Shown piece by piece: positions 38,482 through 48,505 of a stretch of DNA of 64,000 nucleotides. Made by a program: the position numbers and the translations under genes. The notes below the pieces were generated by a model that was given only the letters and a program-made list of their open reading frames with translations, had not been told where the DNA came from and ran no database searches. Within the stretch, counting starts at the first letter, position 1; each line of letters begins with the position of its first letter. Origin of the DNA: Bacteroidota bacterium (GTDB lineage Bacteria; Bacteroidota; Bacteroidia; Bacteroidales; WCHB1-69); assembly GCA_017860455.1 (NCBI GenBank), contig JAGDMF010000002.1, forward strand, positions 51,814 through 115,813, given 5' to 3'.

Positions 38482-40902
38482 ATGACAAAAAAAAGAGGTG
38501 TTTTATATTCACTATTTATTGTTTTTTCATTATTATTCAGCAATAATTTTGCTATTTATGCTCAAAAAGTCACGATCAGCGGTTATCTCGAAGATGGATC
38601 TTCCGGGGAACGTTTGATTGGTGGTATTGTTTATGATACTCTATCTAAAATTGGAACAACGACCAATAATTATGGTTATTTTTCTCTTACTTTTCCTTCT
38701 TCAAAATTAGTAATGCGATTTTCTTATGTCGGGTTTGAAACTTTGGAACTCCCCATTTCGAATAAGAAAGATACCATTTTTCAAATCGGATTAAAAAAAT
38801 CTGCTCAGTTAAATGAAGTGGTTGTTACCGGTAAAAAAGAGTCTCAGGTAAAGCAGTCACAAATGAGTGAAATTGAGATTCCATTGCAAACGATACAGAC
38901 GTTACCCATGTTTTTGGGAGAACGGGATCTTTTTAAAGCGATTCAACTGTTTCCCGGTGTTCATTCAGGTGGTGAAGGAACCTCAGGTTTGTACGTTCGT
39001 GGAGGTGGTCCGGATCAAAACCTTATTTTACTAGATGGCGTTCCGGTTTACAATGCCGACCATTTATTTGGATTTTTCTCTGTTTTTAATCCGGATGCTA
39101 TCAACCATGTTTCTTTAGTAAAAGGAGGATTTCCTGCCCGTTATGGAGGTCGGTTATCCTCTGTTTTAGATATTCGGATGAAAGAGGGTAATAATAAATC
39201 GTATCATGGGGATGTGACAGTAGGCTTAATTGCTTCCAAAATTACAATTGAAGGACCAATCATAAAAAATAAAGCGAGTTTTATCATTTCTGCAAGAAGA
39301 ACCTATATTGATATTCTGGCACAACCCTTTATCTTGTTATATAATAAACAGGATCCCTCAGATGGAGGATCCACAGCCGGTTACTATTTTTATGATATGA
39401 ACGCTAAATTCAATTATACTATTTCTCCCAAGGACAGAGTATATCTAAGTTTTTATGGCGGACAGGACAGAGCGTATGTCAAATCGAAATATACCTATAC
39501 TTATGATCAAATAAAATATGACAATAATAATAATTTCGGATTAGATTGGGGCAATATTATCACTGCCTTAAGATGGAACCACATCTATAACAAACAGTGG
39601 TTTTCCAATGTTTCCCTTACCTATAGTAAATTTCAATTTGGGATAGGATTAGAAACAGAGTATATTGAAACAGAAAACAATACAGTTCGTGAATTTAGTG
39701 ATAAATTAAGCTATTTATCCGGTATTGAGGATTGGAGTTTTAAAGCTGACTTTGAATACCATCCTGATCCCAAACATCAGATATTGATGGGAATATCTGA
39801 TATTTATCACACTTTTATTCCCGGAAAAGCATCCTATTATGCCAAAGATCCATACTCACCCACTCCAATCGATTTAACTCTTGGAAATAAAAAAGTATAT
39901 ACGCATGAAATATCTATGTACATTGAAGATGAATTTACAATTAATTCTAAATTAAAACTGGATGGTGGTATTCATTTCAGTATGTTTCCCGTTGATGGAA
40001 AATTTTATTCTTCATTACAACCAAGACTTAACGGAAGATATATCTTTGCTGAAAATTGGTCTGTAAAAGGTGCTGTTTCCAAAATGACTCAATATATTGT
40101 TTTGCTTTCCAATAGTGGAATCGGGTTACCTACAGATTTATGGCTTCCTGTCACCAAAAATTTAAAACCTCAGGATTCTTGGCAATTTGCGGCCGGAATT
40201 TTTCATGATCTCAAATACAATATCGAAGTTGGAATTGAAGGGTATTACAAAACGATGACCAACTTAATTGAATACAAAGAGGGCTCCAGTTTTATGACGG
40301 CCAGTATCTCTGAATCCTGGGAAACAGAAGTGGAATCTGGCACCGGAAATGCTTATGGAATGGAAGTTTTGATCCGTAAAAATGAAGGAAAATTTACAGG
40401 TTGGATAGGCTATACCTTATCCTGGACCAATCGTTTGTTTGAAAATTTGAATTTTGGAAAACAATTCCCTTACAAATATGACAGAAGACATGACATTGGA
40501 ATTGCAGCGAATTACAAATTTAATGATCGGATTGATATTGGATTGGTTTGGGTTTATGGATCCGGCAATGCACTCAATTTGCCCATTGAAAGATATTCAG
40601 GGTATTCAGAAATGTACACCAATTTGAACCCGTGGATGCAACCAATCCAATACTACAAAGAAAGAAATGGCTTCAGAATGCCTTCTTATCATAGGATGGA
40701 TTTGGGAATCAATTTCCATAAAAAGAAAAAATATGGAGAGAGAATCTGGAGTATTAACATCTACAATGTTTACAATCGTCAAAATCCTTTTATGGTCACT
40801 TTTGAAGATTCTATTGATCAAAATGGAAACCAGGTTACCCGTTTGAAACAGATCAGTCTATTCCCAATCATTCCATCATTTTCTTACACTTTTAAATTTT
40901 AA
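38482..40902 (+). CDS. TonB-dependent receptor
   Basis: CarboxypepD-like N-domain, plug YVRGG.PDQNLILLDG.PVYN, GGRLSSV, C-terminal YTFKF. Confidence 0.92.
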   Translation: MTKKRGVLYSLFIVFSLLFSNNFAIYAQKVTISGYLEDGSSGERLIGGIVYDTLSKIGTTTNNYGYFSLTFPSSKLVMRFSYVGFETLELPISNKKDTIFQIGLKKSAQLNEVVVTGKKESQVKQSQMSEIEIPLQTIQTLPMFLGERDLFKAIQLFPGVHSGGEGTSGLYVRGGGPDQNLILLDGVPVYNADHLFGFFSVFNPDAINHVSLVKGGFPARYGGRLSSVLDIRMKEGNNKSYHGDVTVGLIASKITIEGPIIKNKASFIISARRTYIDILAQPFILLYNKQDPSDGGSTAGYYFYDMNAKFNYTISPKDRVYLSFYGGQDRAYVKSKYTYTYDQIKYDNNNNFGLDWGNIITALRWNHIYNKQWFSNVSLTYSKFQFGIGLETEYIETENNTVREFSDKLSYLSGIEDWSFKADFEYHPDPKHQILMGISDIYHTFIPGKASYYAKDPYSPTPIDLTLGNKKVYTHEISMYIEDEFTINSKLKLDGGIHFSMFPVDGKFYSSLQPRLNGRYIFAENWSVKGAVSKMTQYIVLLSNSGIGLPTDLWLPVTKNLKPQDSWQFAAGIFHDLKYNIEVGIEGYYKTMTNLIEYKEGSSFMTASISESWETEVESGTGNAYGMEVLIRKNEGKFTGWIGYTLSWTNRLFENLNFGKQFPYKYDRRHDIGIAANYKFNDRIDIGLVWVYGSGNALNLPIERYSGYSEMYTNLNPWMQPIQYYKERNGFRMPSYHRMDLGINFHKKKKYGERIWSINIYNVYNRQNPFMVTFEDSIDQNGNQVTRLKQISLFPIIPSFSYTFKF

Positions 40903-40907
40903 TCAAC

Positions 40908-41837
40908 ATGAAAAAATTAATTTATATCCTACTTATTATTGTGTTATTTGGTTCATGTGAAAAATATATAGATATTGAAATTCCGGATGAAGGTAGAAAA
41001 ATTACAGTGAATTGTTTCATAAACAATTCTGATAAACCCATATTAATGCTAACACGTAGCAAATTTATTCTGGATAATGGTTATGAGTTTACAATGATTG
41101 ATTCAGCAAAAGCGTACTTATATCAGGATGGAGTGCAGGTTGCTGAATTTTTCCAACAAGATTCATCGAATATTTCAAATCCAATAGAGATAGGATCATA
41201 TAAAGCAAACTATACTTGTCAACCCGGAAAACAATACACTATTAAAGTGATCAAAAACGGAGAAACGATCACATCCTCAACACAAATACCTAATAGCGTT
41301 ACGATTCAGTCCATTGATACCATGACCATTTTAAACCAGGATGGATATAAAAATTTAAGAGTAAAAATAACCATTAATGATCCGGCTAACATAGAAAATT
41401 ATTATCAATTTTCATTTAGAACCATCTCATTTGGATATGAACAAATCCTTTCATTTCCGGTGAATCAATCAGATTTTGGACTTACTGGTACAACTTATCA
41501 AAGTTATTTGATAACCAATGACAAATTGTTCAATGGACAGTCTAAAACTTATATTTTTGATCTGGATGCGGGCAATTTTTATGATATTGTTACCCCATTA
41601 AGTGTAGTGGTAAATGGGGTTTCTAAAGATATGTTTTTATACTATCAACAGCTTCAGAAATATCAAAATGCCCAAAATTCGTTTTTAGCTGAGCCGGTTA
41701 TGATGTACACTAATATTGAAAATGGATTGGGAATATTTGCTGGATATAGTTCTCATATTACAAACATTGATGTCCCTAGACTCACTGATGATATTATTAT
41801 TGAAGGAAAAAACAGTACTTATGATCATAAAAAGTAA
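40908..41837 (+). CDS. DUF4249-family lipoprotein
   Basis: Lipobox FGSC, DP...ENYY, EP...YTNIENGLGIF; follows the TBDR. Confidence 0.85.
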   Translation: MKKLIYILLIIVLFGSCEKYIDIEIPDEGRKITVNCFINNSDKPILMLTRSKFILDNGYEFTMIDSAKAYLYQDGVQVAEFFQQDSSNISNPIEIGSYKANYTCQPGKQYTIKVIKNGETITSSTQIPNSVTIQSIDTMTILNQDGYKNLRVKITINDPANIENYYQFSFRTISFGYEQILSFPVNQSDFGLTGTTYQSYLITNDKLFNGQSKTYIFDLDAGNFYDIVTPLSVVVNGVSKDMFLYYQQLQKYQNAQNSFLAEPVMMYTNIENGLGIFAGYSSHITNIDVPRLTDDIIIEGKNSTYDHKK

Positions 41838-42276
41838 AATCACACAGGCATTCGGTTCAACAGGCTCAACTACTGGGATTGTTTTCTTTGGGATTGGTGT
41901 CATCATGTTGTTTTACACATGGAAAACCTTTTTTTTAGTGATTATTGGCGCGTTTTTTGGGTTTACAAATGCTTTCTCCTATATTGATACCGATCGGAGA
42001 AGAGTGAAACTCACCGAATTCTATTTCGGAATTATTCCTATTGGAAAATGGATTCAAGTTGATGATTCGATGTCATTAGGTTACAAAATGACCGATGATG
42101 GATGGAGTGTATCCAGTTTATCCAGTCGCACTTTAGATATCCCGGACAGCCGATACACCATTATTTTATATGATCAAAATGACATGCCCATTATCTCTTT
42201 GATGAAATTAAAATCTGAAGAGGAGATGACTGAAAAAATGGAATTGATCGCTACTTTATTACATCTACCCTTATAA
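41821..42276 (+). CDS. Hypothetical membrane protein
   Basis: ATG at 41821; two N-terminal TM helices. Confidence 0.6.
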   Translation: MIIKSKITQAFGSTGSTTGIVFFGIGVIMLFYTWKTFFLVIIGAFFGFTNAFSYIDTDRRRVKLTEFYFGIIPIGKWIQVDDSMSLGYKMTDDGWSVSSLSSRTLDIPDSRYTIILYDQNDMPIISLMKLKSEEEMTEKMELIATLLHLPL

Positions 42277-42278
42277 TT

Positions 42279-43517
42279 ATGAAACTAAATCGTACCAAAA
42301 TTTTTATTTTGTTCCTCCAATTAATCTTGATTGGAATATGGAATCCAATATATTCTAATTCATTAATTTCTAATAAATTAAAAGACAGTACCAAAACTTA
42401 TTGTTTTGAAGGTGAATTGAAAGTGGGAAAAATCTCACCAACGAGTCCACGATTCGCTCCTTCCGGAACACTCTATTCATTGTTGTTTAGTTTTGGTGAA
42501 ATAAATCATAATTCAGAAAACCAATGGGCTCGTTTTCACAACTTTCCCATCACCGGAATCACCCTTGGTTTTACCAATTTAGGAAACCCTGATGTTTATG
42601 GTTATGAATGCAAACTGATCCCTTATGTCGAATATTGTATTGGTAAAAAATGGAGCTACAGACCCTCTGTAAAAGTGGGTTTAGGATTCAGTTATACCAC
42701 TCAATACTACAGAACCAATCCTTCAAATATTGCTTTGGGAAGTCCAATTAACTGGGCTTTTGAACTCACTTTTCGACAAAATATTCTGACTACACCTTAT
42801 GGGATTTTTCGTTTGGGTGTTGGGTATGTTCATAGTTCTGACGGACATACGCAATTGCCTAATATGGGCATTAACGGATTGGTAACTACGATTTCATTCA
42901 TGCATTTTCAACAATCCAATACTTATTCCTATAAAAATAAATGGAAAAAACCCGAAAAAGAGAATGAAATCTATTACTTTTTGCAATTCAATCCTATTTT
43001 GGGAATTCATGAGTTGGGTGGACCATTAGGTCCTGTGGGTGGACCTAAAAGGGGTGTTTATGGTTCTAATTTTATGGGTGGATTGGTTCTTAACAGAGGA
43101 TTCAAATTCTATGTTGGATTTGGGTATCGTTATTATGACCATTTTAACTATGTTTATCAACATGATCAACATCCAGATATTGAAAAATACAATTCAGGCG
43201 TTGCTTTTGCTTCCAATTTTTACATTTTAAATGGGTTAGAATTGATGTATGGTCATTTCGGATTCACTTTTGAAGGAGGGTTAAATCTATATAAGCCATT
43301 TTATAAAACCTATTGTGATCTATACAGCCCGGAAAATCCCACCAAATATATCCTCAAGAAATATCTCAATTCCAGAATTGGAATTAAAATATATCGTTAT
43401 AATATTAACAAAGGCCCCAAATTTAATTACTTCATCGGCGCTCATGTAAATGCCAATTTAGGTCAGGCTGATTTCACCGAATTCAGTATCGGGATTTTAA
43501 GAAATTTTATTCCATAA
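42279..43517 (+). CDS. Acyloxyacyl hydrolase / PagL-like outer-membrane protein
   Basis: N.ALGS..N, H.S.GH..LPN.GIN motif, terminal ADF.E...G. Confidence 0.7.
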   Translation: MKLNRTKIFILFLQLILIGIWNPIYSNSLISNKLKDSTKTYCFEGELKVGKISPTSPRFAPSGTLYSLLFSFGEINHNSENQWARFHNFPITGITLGFTNLGNPDVYGYECKLIPYVEYCIGKKWSYRPSVKVGLGFSYTTQYYRTNPSNIALGSPINWAFELTFRQNILTTPYGIFRLGVGYVHSSDGHTQLPNMGINGLVTTISFMHFQQSNTYSYKNKWKKPEKENEIYYFLQFNPILGIHELGGPLGPVGGPKRGVYGSNFMGGLVLNRGFKFYVGFGYRYYDHFNYVYQHDQHPDIEKYNSGVAFASNFYILNGLELMYGHFGFTFEGGLNLYKPFYKTYCDLYSPENPTKYILKKYLNSRIGIKIYRYNINKGPKFNYFIGAHVNANLGQADFTEFSIGILRNFIP

Positions 43518-43530
43518 AGAGTTTAACCAA

Positions 43531-44910
43531 TTACTGAACCAACTGATTCAATATTGGGATAATTTCTTTCGTAGAGGGTCTGGGTGCTGTTGCATCTATA
43601 AAGTTTCCATTTGCATCTATTAACATAAATGTTGGGATACTTATCAATTGAAATTTTTCTACCAGTTTAGGATCCCATCCGGTATGAGTTCTCAAATGAA
43701 CGATTGATTTTTCATTTTGAGTCATTTTTTTCCATTCATCAAATTTGTCAGGATCGTCCAAAGAGAGAGAAATAAAGACAATCTCTTTATTTTTATATTG
43801 CTTAGATAACTCCACAAAATAGGGTTTCTCCTCTTTACATGGGGTGCACCAGGTTGCCCAAAAATCAAGATAGATCACTTTACCTTTAAAATCACTTAAA
43901 TGGACCTCTTTATCATTGGTATCATAACAAGTAAAATCAAAAGCAGGTTTACCTTTAGCTAAATCCATCTTTTTGTTTAACATTAATTTAATCTGATCTC
44001 TGTAAGTATCATTTTTAAGTTCCTTTTCATAAGTTGATCTACACAACTCGAAACCTTCTAAACCTTCGTATTCAATCACCTGTTTGATGGCAGAAAAGTA
44101 CAAATACTCTTTTATTTTAACATTTTCAAATGTACTGATCACTTTTAGTTTCTTTGTAATCCAAACTTCCGGTTTTGCCTTGATGGTATCATTCATATCC
44201 ACTAACTGATCATTCAATAATTTTTCAGTATAATACTGTATAAACATTCTAAAATCCGGAATAGCCAAATATTGGGCATTATCTAATTCTAACGAATCAA
44301 TAAAATTATAAAAGCGGGGATCATCAATACCATTTTGCAAACCTAAAATGAGTTTAAGTGTAGCAGCCTTAAATTTACAATATTTGTTTTGAAAATTAAC
44401 AAAATTGGGATCCAGGTTTTTACCTTTGATCATTTTCTCAAAAGAGCTACTAAATTGATTAAAAATGGAATCTATATAAGTTATAATTTGATTTTTATCA
44501 ATTTTATCTAAGTATTCATAATCTATCTGATCAATTGATTGCATTATATTTTGCAACATATTATTCTCAATTTCACCTTTTCCGGAAAATTCAATTATTG
44601 GGGTATCCAAATTTTCAGGGAATGTTGTTTTGATATTCAAATCATAGTTAGGACCCAGAAAAATTTGTTTCATTTGATTTCCAACAACTAAAACATAATA
44701 TCCTGCATTTTCCATTTCAATTTTTTGAGAAAACTTGCCATTCGTGACTTTAATTGTATCCAAATGATCGTGTATGATTTGGTCTCCAAAAAGCACTACC
44801 GTACTATCGTTACCCTCGATTGTACCGCTAATTGTGGCGGTTTCGGGGCTACAAGAATTAAAAATAAGGATGAAAACAACAATAAAAAGGTAAAAAAGGT
44901 TTTTTTTCAT
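43531..44910 (-). CDS. TlpA/redoxin-family thiol-disulfide oxidoreductase lipoprotein
   Basis: Lipobox FNSC; LSDFKGK..YLDFWATWCTPC, IP.F.LID, APRPS. Confidence 0.9.
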   Translation of the reverse strand: MKKNLFYLFIVVFILIFNSCSPETATISGTIEGNDSTVVLFGDQIIHDHLDTIKVTNGKFSQKIEMENAGYYVLVVGNQMKQIFLGPNYDLNIKTTFPENLDTPIIEFSGKGEIENNMLQNIMQSIDQIDYEYLDKIDKNQIITYIDSIFNQFSSSFEKMIKGKNLDPNFVNFQNKYCKFKAATLKLILGLQNGIDDPRFYNFIDSLELDNAQYLAIPDFRMFIQYYTEKLLNDQLVDMNDTIKAKPEVWITKKLKVISTFENVKIKEYLYFSAIKQVIEYEGLEGFELCRSTYEKELKNDTYRDQIKLMLNKKMDLAKGKPAFDFTCYDTNDKEVHLSDFKGKVIYLDFWATWCTPCKEEKPYFVELSKQYKNKEIVFISLSLDDPDKFDEWKKMTQNEKSIVHLRTHTGWDPKLVEKFQLISIPTFMLIDANGNFIDATAPRPSTKEIIPILNQLVQ

Positions 44911-44956
44911 GGATTTTAAATTACTTAAATGAAAGTCATAAATATATTGGGTTTAA

Positions 44957-46123
44957 TTATTTTCTAAAATCTGCAATCTCTTTAATGGCCTGGATAGCAG
45001 CATCAACATGGTTTTCCAATGTAAAAGGTCCAATGCTTAATCTTACGGTTCCATGAATTAGATCTGTTCCTAAATGTTGATGAACAAAAGGAGCACACTG
45101 TAATCCTGTTCTACAAGCAATATTGTAATCAACATCTAACATAGTTCCCACATCACCTGATTCAAAACCATTTACATTTAAACTCAAAACAGGATTTTTA
45201 TTTTCTCTGTTTACGGCACAATAAGTGGTCACGTTTTCAATTTTTTGAATTTCAGAACGCATTTTGTCCCATAAATCCATCTCTTTACGATGTAAATTCT
45301 CAATTCCTTGTTCTGTAATCCATTTTACACCAGCATGTAATCCGGCAACTCCTAAAAGGTTAAGTGTTCCACACTCTAATCTGTATGGAAATTCCGTTAA
45401 ATGAGATCTTTGAGCAGAACGAACACCTGTTCCACCAAAACGAGTAGATTTTACAGGAACATCTTTCATTACATAAGAACCCCCAATTCCGGTAGGTCCC
45501 ATCAAACATTTATGTCCTGTAAAAGCAAAAGCATCGATACCCATAGCTTGCATATCCACTTTCACAGCACCGGCACTTTGGCTGCCATCAACAATAAACA
45601 AAATTCCGGCTTCTTTACAAATTTTTCCAACTTCGCCTACGGGTTGAACAGTTCCCAATACATTAGAACAATGGTTCATTACAACTATTCGGGTATTTTT
45701 CTTAATTCTCTTTTTGATATCATCAGGATCAATATAACCGGTTATTTTATCAAAAGGCACATAATCAACTTCAATTATTCCATCTTGCTCCAAATGATAA
45801 AGTGGTCTTAAAACAGAATTGTGTTCTACCATCGTTGAAATCACATGATCCCCTTTTTGAGCTAAACCATAGATTAACATGTTTAATGAATCACTAGCAT
45901 TATAACTGAAAGTCAAGCGATTAGGATCCCCATCTCCGTTAAAAAGTTCCATTAACATTCTTCTGGTTTGGGCAACCATCTCTTCCGTTTCAATAGCTGC
46001 ATCAAAACCTGTTCTTCCGGGACTAACCCCTTTAGTTCTGTAGAAGTTCATCATGAAATCATACACATCATCCGGTTTTGGGAACGATGTTGCAGAGTTG
46101 TCTAAATATATTAAATTGTTCAT
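44957..46123 (-). CDS. Cysteine desulfurase family protein (class V PLP enzyme, SufS/CsdA-like)
   Basis: YLDNSATSFPKP, EHNSV.RP, DGSQSAG, FTGHK (PLP Lys), RTGLQCAP (catalytic Cys); likely ATG at 46123. Confidence 0.92.
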   Translation of the reverse strand: MNNLIYLDNSATSFPKPDDVYDFMMNFYRTKGVSPGRTGFDAAIETEEMVAQTRRMLMELFNGDGDPNRLTFSYNASDSLNMLIYGLAQKGDHVISTMVEHNSVLRPLYHLEQDGIIEVDYVPFDKITGYIDPDDIKKRIKKNTRIVVMNHCSNVLGTVQPVGEVGKICKEAGILFIVDGSQSAGAVKVDMQAMGIDAFAFTGHKCLMGPTGIGGSYVMKDVPVKSTRFGGTGVRSAQRSHLTEFPYRLECGTLNLLGVAGLHAGVKWITEQGIENLHRKEMDLWDKMRSEIQKIENVTTYCAVNRENKNPVLSLNVNGFESGDVGTMLDVDYNIACRTGLQCAPFVHQHLGTDLIHGTVRLSIGPFTLENHVDAAIQAIKEIADFRK

Positions 46124-46145
46124 GTTATAAAAAATTATTGTTTTT

Positions 46146-47441
46146 CTAATCAAGGACTAAAGCATCAGCTACAATCTCAGCTAATGTTTTAATTTGTACG
46201 TTTAATTTGTAATAAGAGTTTAATTGAGTTAATTGGTCCACGCAATTGTGGCAGGGTGTAACCACAATCTGAGCTCCGGTATTTCTGATCTGATCAGCTT
46301 TCAATTTACCGGTTTTCATTCTTCTCTCATTGTATTCACTCATAGCCAACTGGCCGCCGCCACCACCACAGCAATAGTTGTCAATTCCATGTGGGGTCAT
46401 CTCTACAAAATCGGTTACAGTTTGAGATAACACATATCTTTGTTCTTCAACAATCCCACCGTTTCTCACTAAATTACAAGGATCGTGAAGCGTAACTTTC
46501 TGTTTTATAATATTTTTATTCACTTTTATACGACCACTTTTAATATAATCTGCTAAAAGTTCGATGGAGGTTCTGATATTAAAATTAAAATGGATTTTCA
46601 AATAATTTGGAGCTTCCCAGCGGAATGCACGATCACCATGCCCACACTCAGCCAAAATTAATTCTTTAGCGCCCAGTTTTTCCATCTCATTCATCATCCG
46701 GTGTGCAATGATACTGGCTTCAGCTAAATTTCCGCTAAAAAAAGCGTAGTTGGTTACATCATACATTTCAGTGGAGATAGTCCAACTCTCTTTAGCAGCA
46801 TGAAACACTTTAGCCATTGCAGAAATAGAAAGCGGAAAGAATTTGGGTTCCCGTGGATTGAGGGTGTACATCACATTTTTATCGGGTTGATTCAGTGGAA
46901 TAGAGGCGGTAGTGTCATTTAACTCATCCTGAAGATCCTCTTCCAACCACTGAATGGTATCCACAAACTCATCATAAGTGATTCCCATATTATTGCCGGT
47001 AGAAAGTGCAGCATTAACTGTTGATTGTAAAGTTGCAGGCACGAAACCCATTTCAGATAACATCATTCTGCCTGTTCGAACTAAAAAAGCAATATCCAGA
47101 CCAATAGAACAGTGAATATTACAACGGCTACACATGGTACAGGCGCCAAAAAACTTATCAACCATTTCAGGAATTAAATCATCATTCAATGATCTTGCTC
47201 CGGTAATTGCTGGAAATGTTTTTCCTAAAAATGTAAAATAGCGACGATAAATTGAGGCTAAAAGATCCACTTTGTTTGCTGGTGTGAGGGTTGGATCCTG
47301 ATCAGCTAAAAAGTAAATACAACTGGTTGAACACAATCCGCAATGCACACAACTATTGAGATGAGTCAGCAGCTTACTATTGTCCAAATTATTAAGTATA
47401 TCTAAACCTCTATCAATTTGATTTTGAGATAATGTAATCAT
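46146..47441 (-). CDS. DsrK/TmcB/HdrD-like Fe-S protein (two [4Fe-4S] motifs plus a CCG domain)
   Basis: CVHCGLCSTSC and CTMCSRCNIHC; TLNPREP; ECGH; HDPCN...CCGGGGG...PCHNC. Confidence 0.88.
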   Translation of the reverse strand: MITLSQNQIDRGLDILNNLDNSKLLTHLNSCVHCGLCSTSCIYFLADQDPTLTPANKVDLLASIYRRYFTFLGKTFPAITGARSLNDDLIPEMVDKFFGACTMCSRCNIHCSIGLDIAFLVRTGRMMLSEMGFVPATLQSTVNAALSTGNNMGITYDEFVDTIQWLEEDLQDELNDTTASIPLNQPDKNVMYTLNPREPKFFPLSISAMAKVFHAAKESWTISTEMYDVTNYAFFSGNLAEASIIAHRMMNEMEKLGAKELILAECGHGDRAFRWEAPNYLKIHFNFNIRTSIELLADYIKSGRIKVNKNIIKQKVTLHDPCNLVRNGGIVEEQRYVLSQTVTDFVEMTPHGIDNYCCGGGGGQLAMSEYNERRMKTGKLKADQIRNTGAQIVVTPCHNCVDQLTQLNSYYKLNVQIKTLAEIVADALVLD

Positions 47442-48064
47442 ATTTTAATGTTTTTTGGAGGCCAGGTTCCTCTCCAACCGTAAAAAAATCCTAAATGAAA
47501 GCGCGCAAAGAAAAAATAAACAACATGTTTTAATTTTCCGATTGGGATATAAATGAGTAAAATGGAACTCCATAGAAAATAGAACATTGGAATATCAAAA
47601 TGGAGCATTCCAATAGTCAAGATTTGAAACCCTGTAACTAAAAGGTTCGAAATATAATCATCAGGATTAGAAATCTCTTTTTGAACTTTATTAAACAAAC
47701 GTGCTACTAAAATGATTGCACCACAAATAGAAGTTATGGCTAAGCCTCCTGTTAGTCCCCAAACGAAAAAGGGCTCAGTGATATAGAATCCTGCTAAATG
47801 AATAAAAAACACTAAAACGGAAACAAAAGCACCGATATGAAATAATATGCCGGCACTATATTCAGGAAGATGTAAATAAGCAGATTCTTTGTGCGCAGGA
47901 TGCATTGCTCCTGTGAAAGAATATGGGATTGCTTTGGAAAGATCTCCGGCAGATTTTGAGTAATCTTTTGGTTTACCAAGTCGAATCAAGCGTATCAGAT
48001 GGAATAGACAACCTGAGATACAAATGATAAGTGCAAAAATTGCAACAATAATGTACCAACTCAT
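47438..48064 (-). CDS. DsrM/NarI-like integral membrane subunit (cytochrome b family)
   Basis: About five TM helices, FHIG, R......IS.PDDY, GKLKH motifs; overlaps the Fe-S gene start. Confidence 0.7.
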   Translation of the reverse strand: MSWYIIVAIFALIICISGCLFHLIRLIRLGKPKDYSKSAGDLSKAIPYSFTGAMHPAHKESAYLHLPEYSAGILFHIGAFVSVLVFFIHLAGFYITEPFFVWGLTGGLAITSICGAIILVARLFNKVQKEISNPDDYISNLLVTGFQILTIGMLHFDIPMFYFLWSSILLIYIPIGKLKHVVYFFFARFHLGFFYGWRGTWPPKNIKI

Positions 48065-48075
48065 AATGGGAACGA

Positions 48076-48393
48076 TTAAACGCAGCCGTCAGGTTTGGGT
48101 AACCCTGCAACTCTACACGCACCACGAGCAGGTCCTAATGGAAAAAGCTCATAAATTTCACGTAATTTAACACCTGTATCTTGACAAATACTACGAATCA
48201 TTGGGGCATTCCCTTTCTCTTCAAAGTTTCTGCGAATAAATCTCACAATTGCCCAATGTTTGTCTGTTAATTCAGTAAGTCCATCGTATTTAGCAAATAG
48301 TTGTGCTACCTCTTCATTCCAAATTTCAGGAGTTGCTAAAAAGCCATCTCCATCCACTTCGAATACTCTACCATCGATTTCTAATGTTGCCAT
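48076..48393 (-). CDS. DsrC/TusE-family sulfur-relay protein with both C-terminal cysteines
   Basis: VDGDGFL..PE.WNEEVA, LT..HW.IV.F.R, LFP.GP..GACRVAGLPKPDGCV; ATG at 48393. Confidence 0.93.
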   Translation of the reverse strand: MATLEIDGRVFEVDGDGFLATPEIWNEEVAQLFAKYDGLTELTDKHWAIVRFIRRNFEEKGNAPMIRSICQDTGVKLREIYELFPLGPARGACRVAGLPKPDGCV

Positions 48394-48505
48394 ATTAGTT
48401 TTAAGTTTTTTTAAATGTTTTGTTGAATAAAAATTTTCCGCCAATTTAAAGCGCGGCAAATATACAAAAAAAATGCAACAAAAGTTAAAAAAACTAAACT
48501 GTTTT

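Noticed and set aside
44957-48393. Canonical dissimilatory sulfite reduction or Tus tRNA-thiolation locus
   Set aside because: No dsrAB, dsrJOP, tusBCD or mnmA in the window; reported instead as a non-canonical module.
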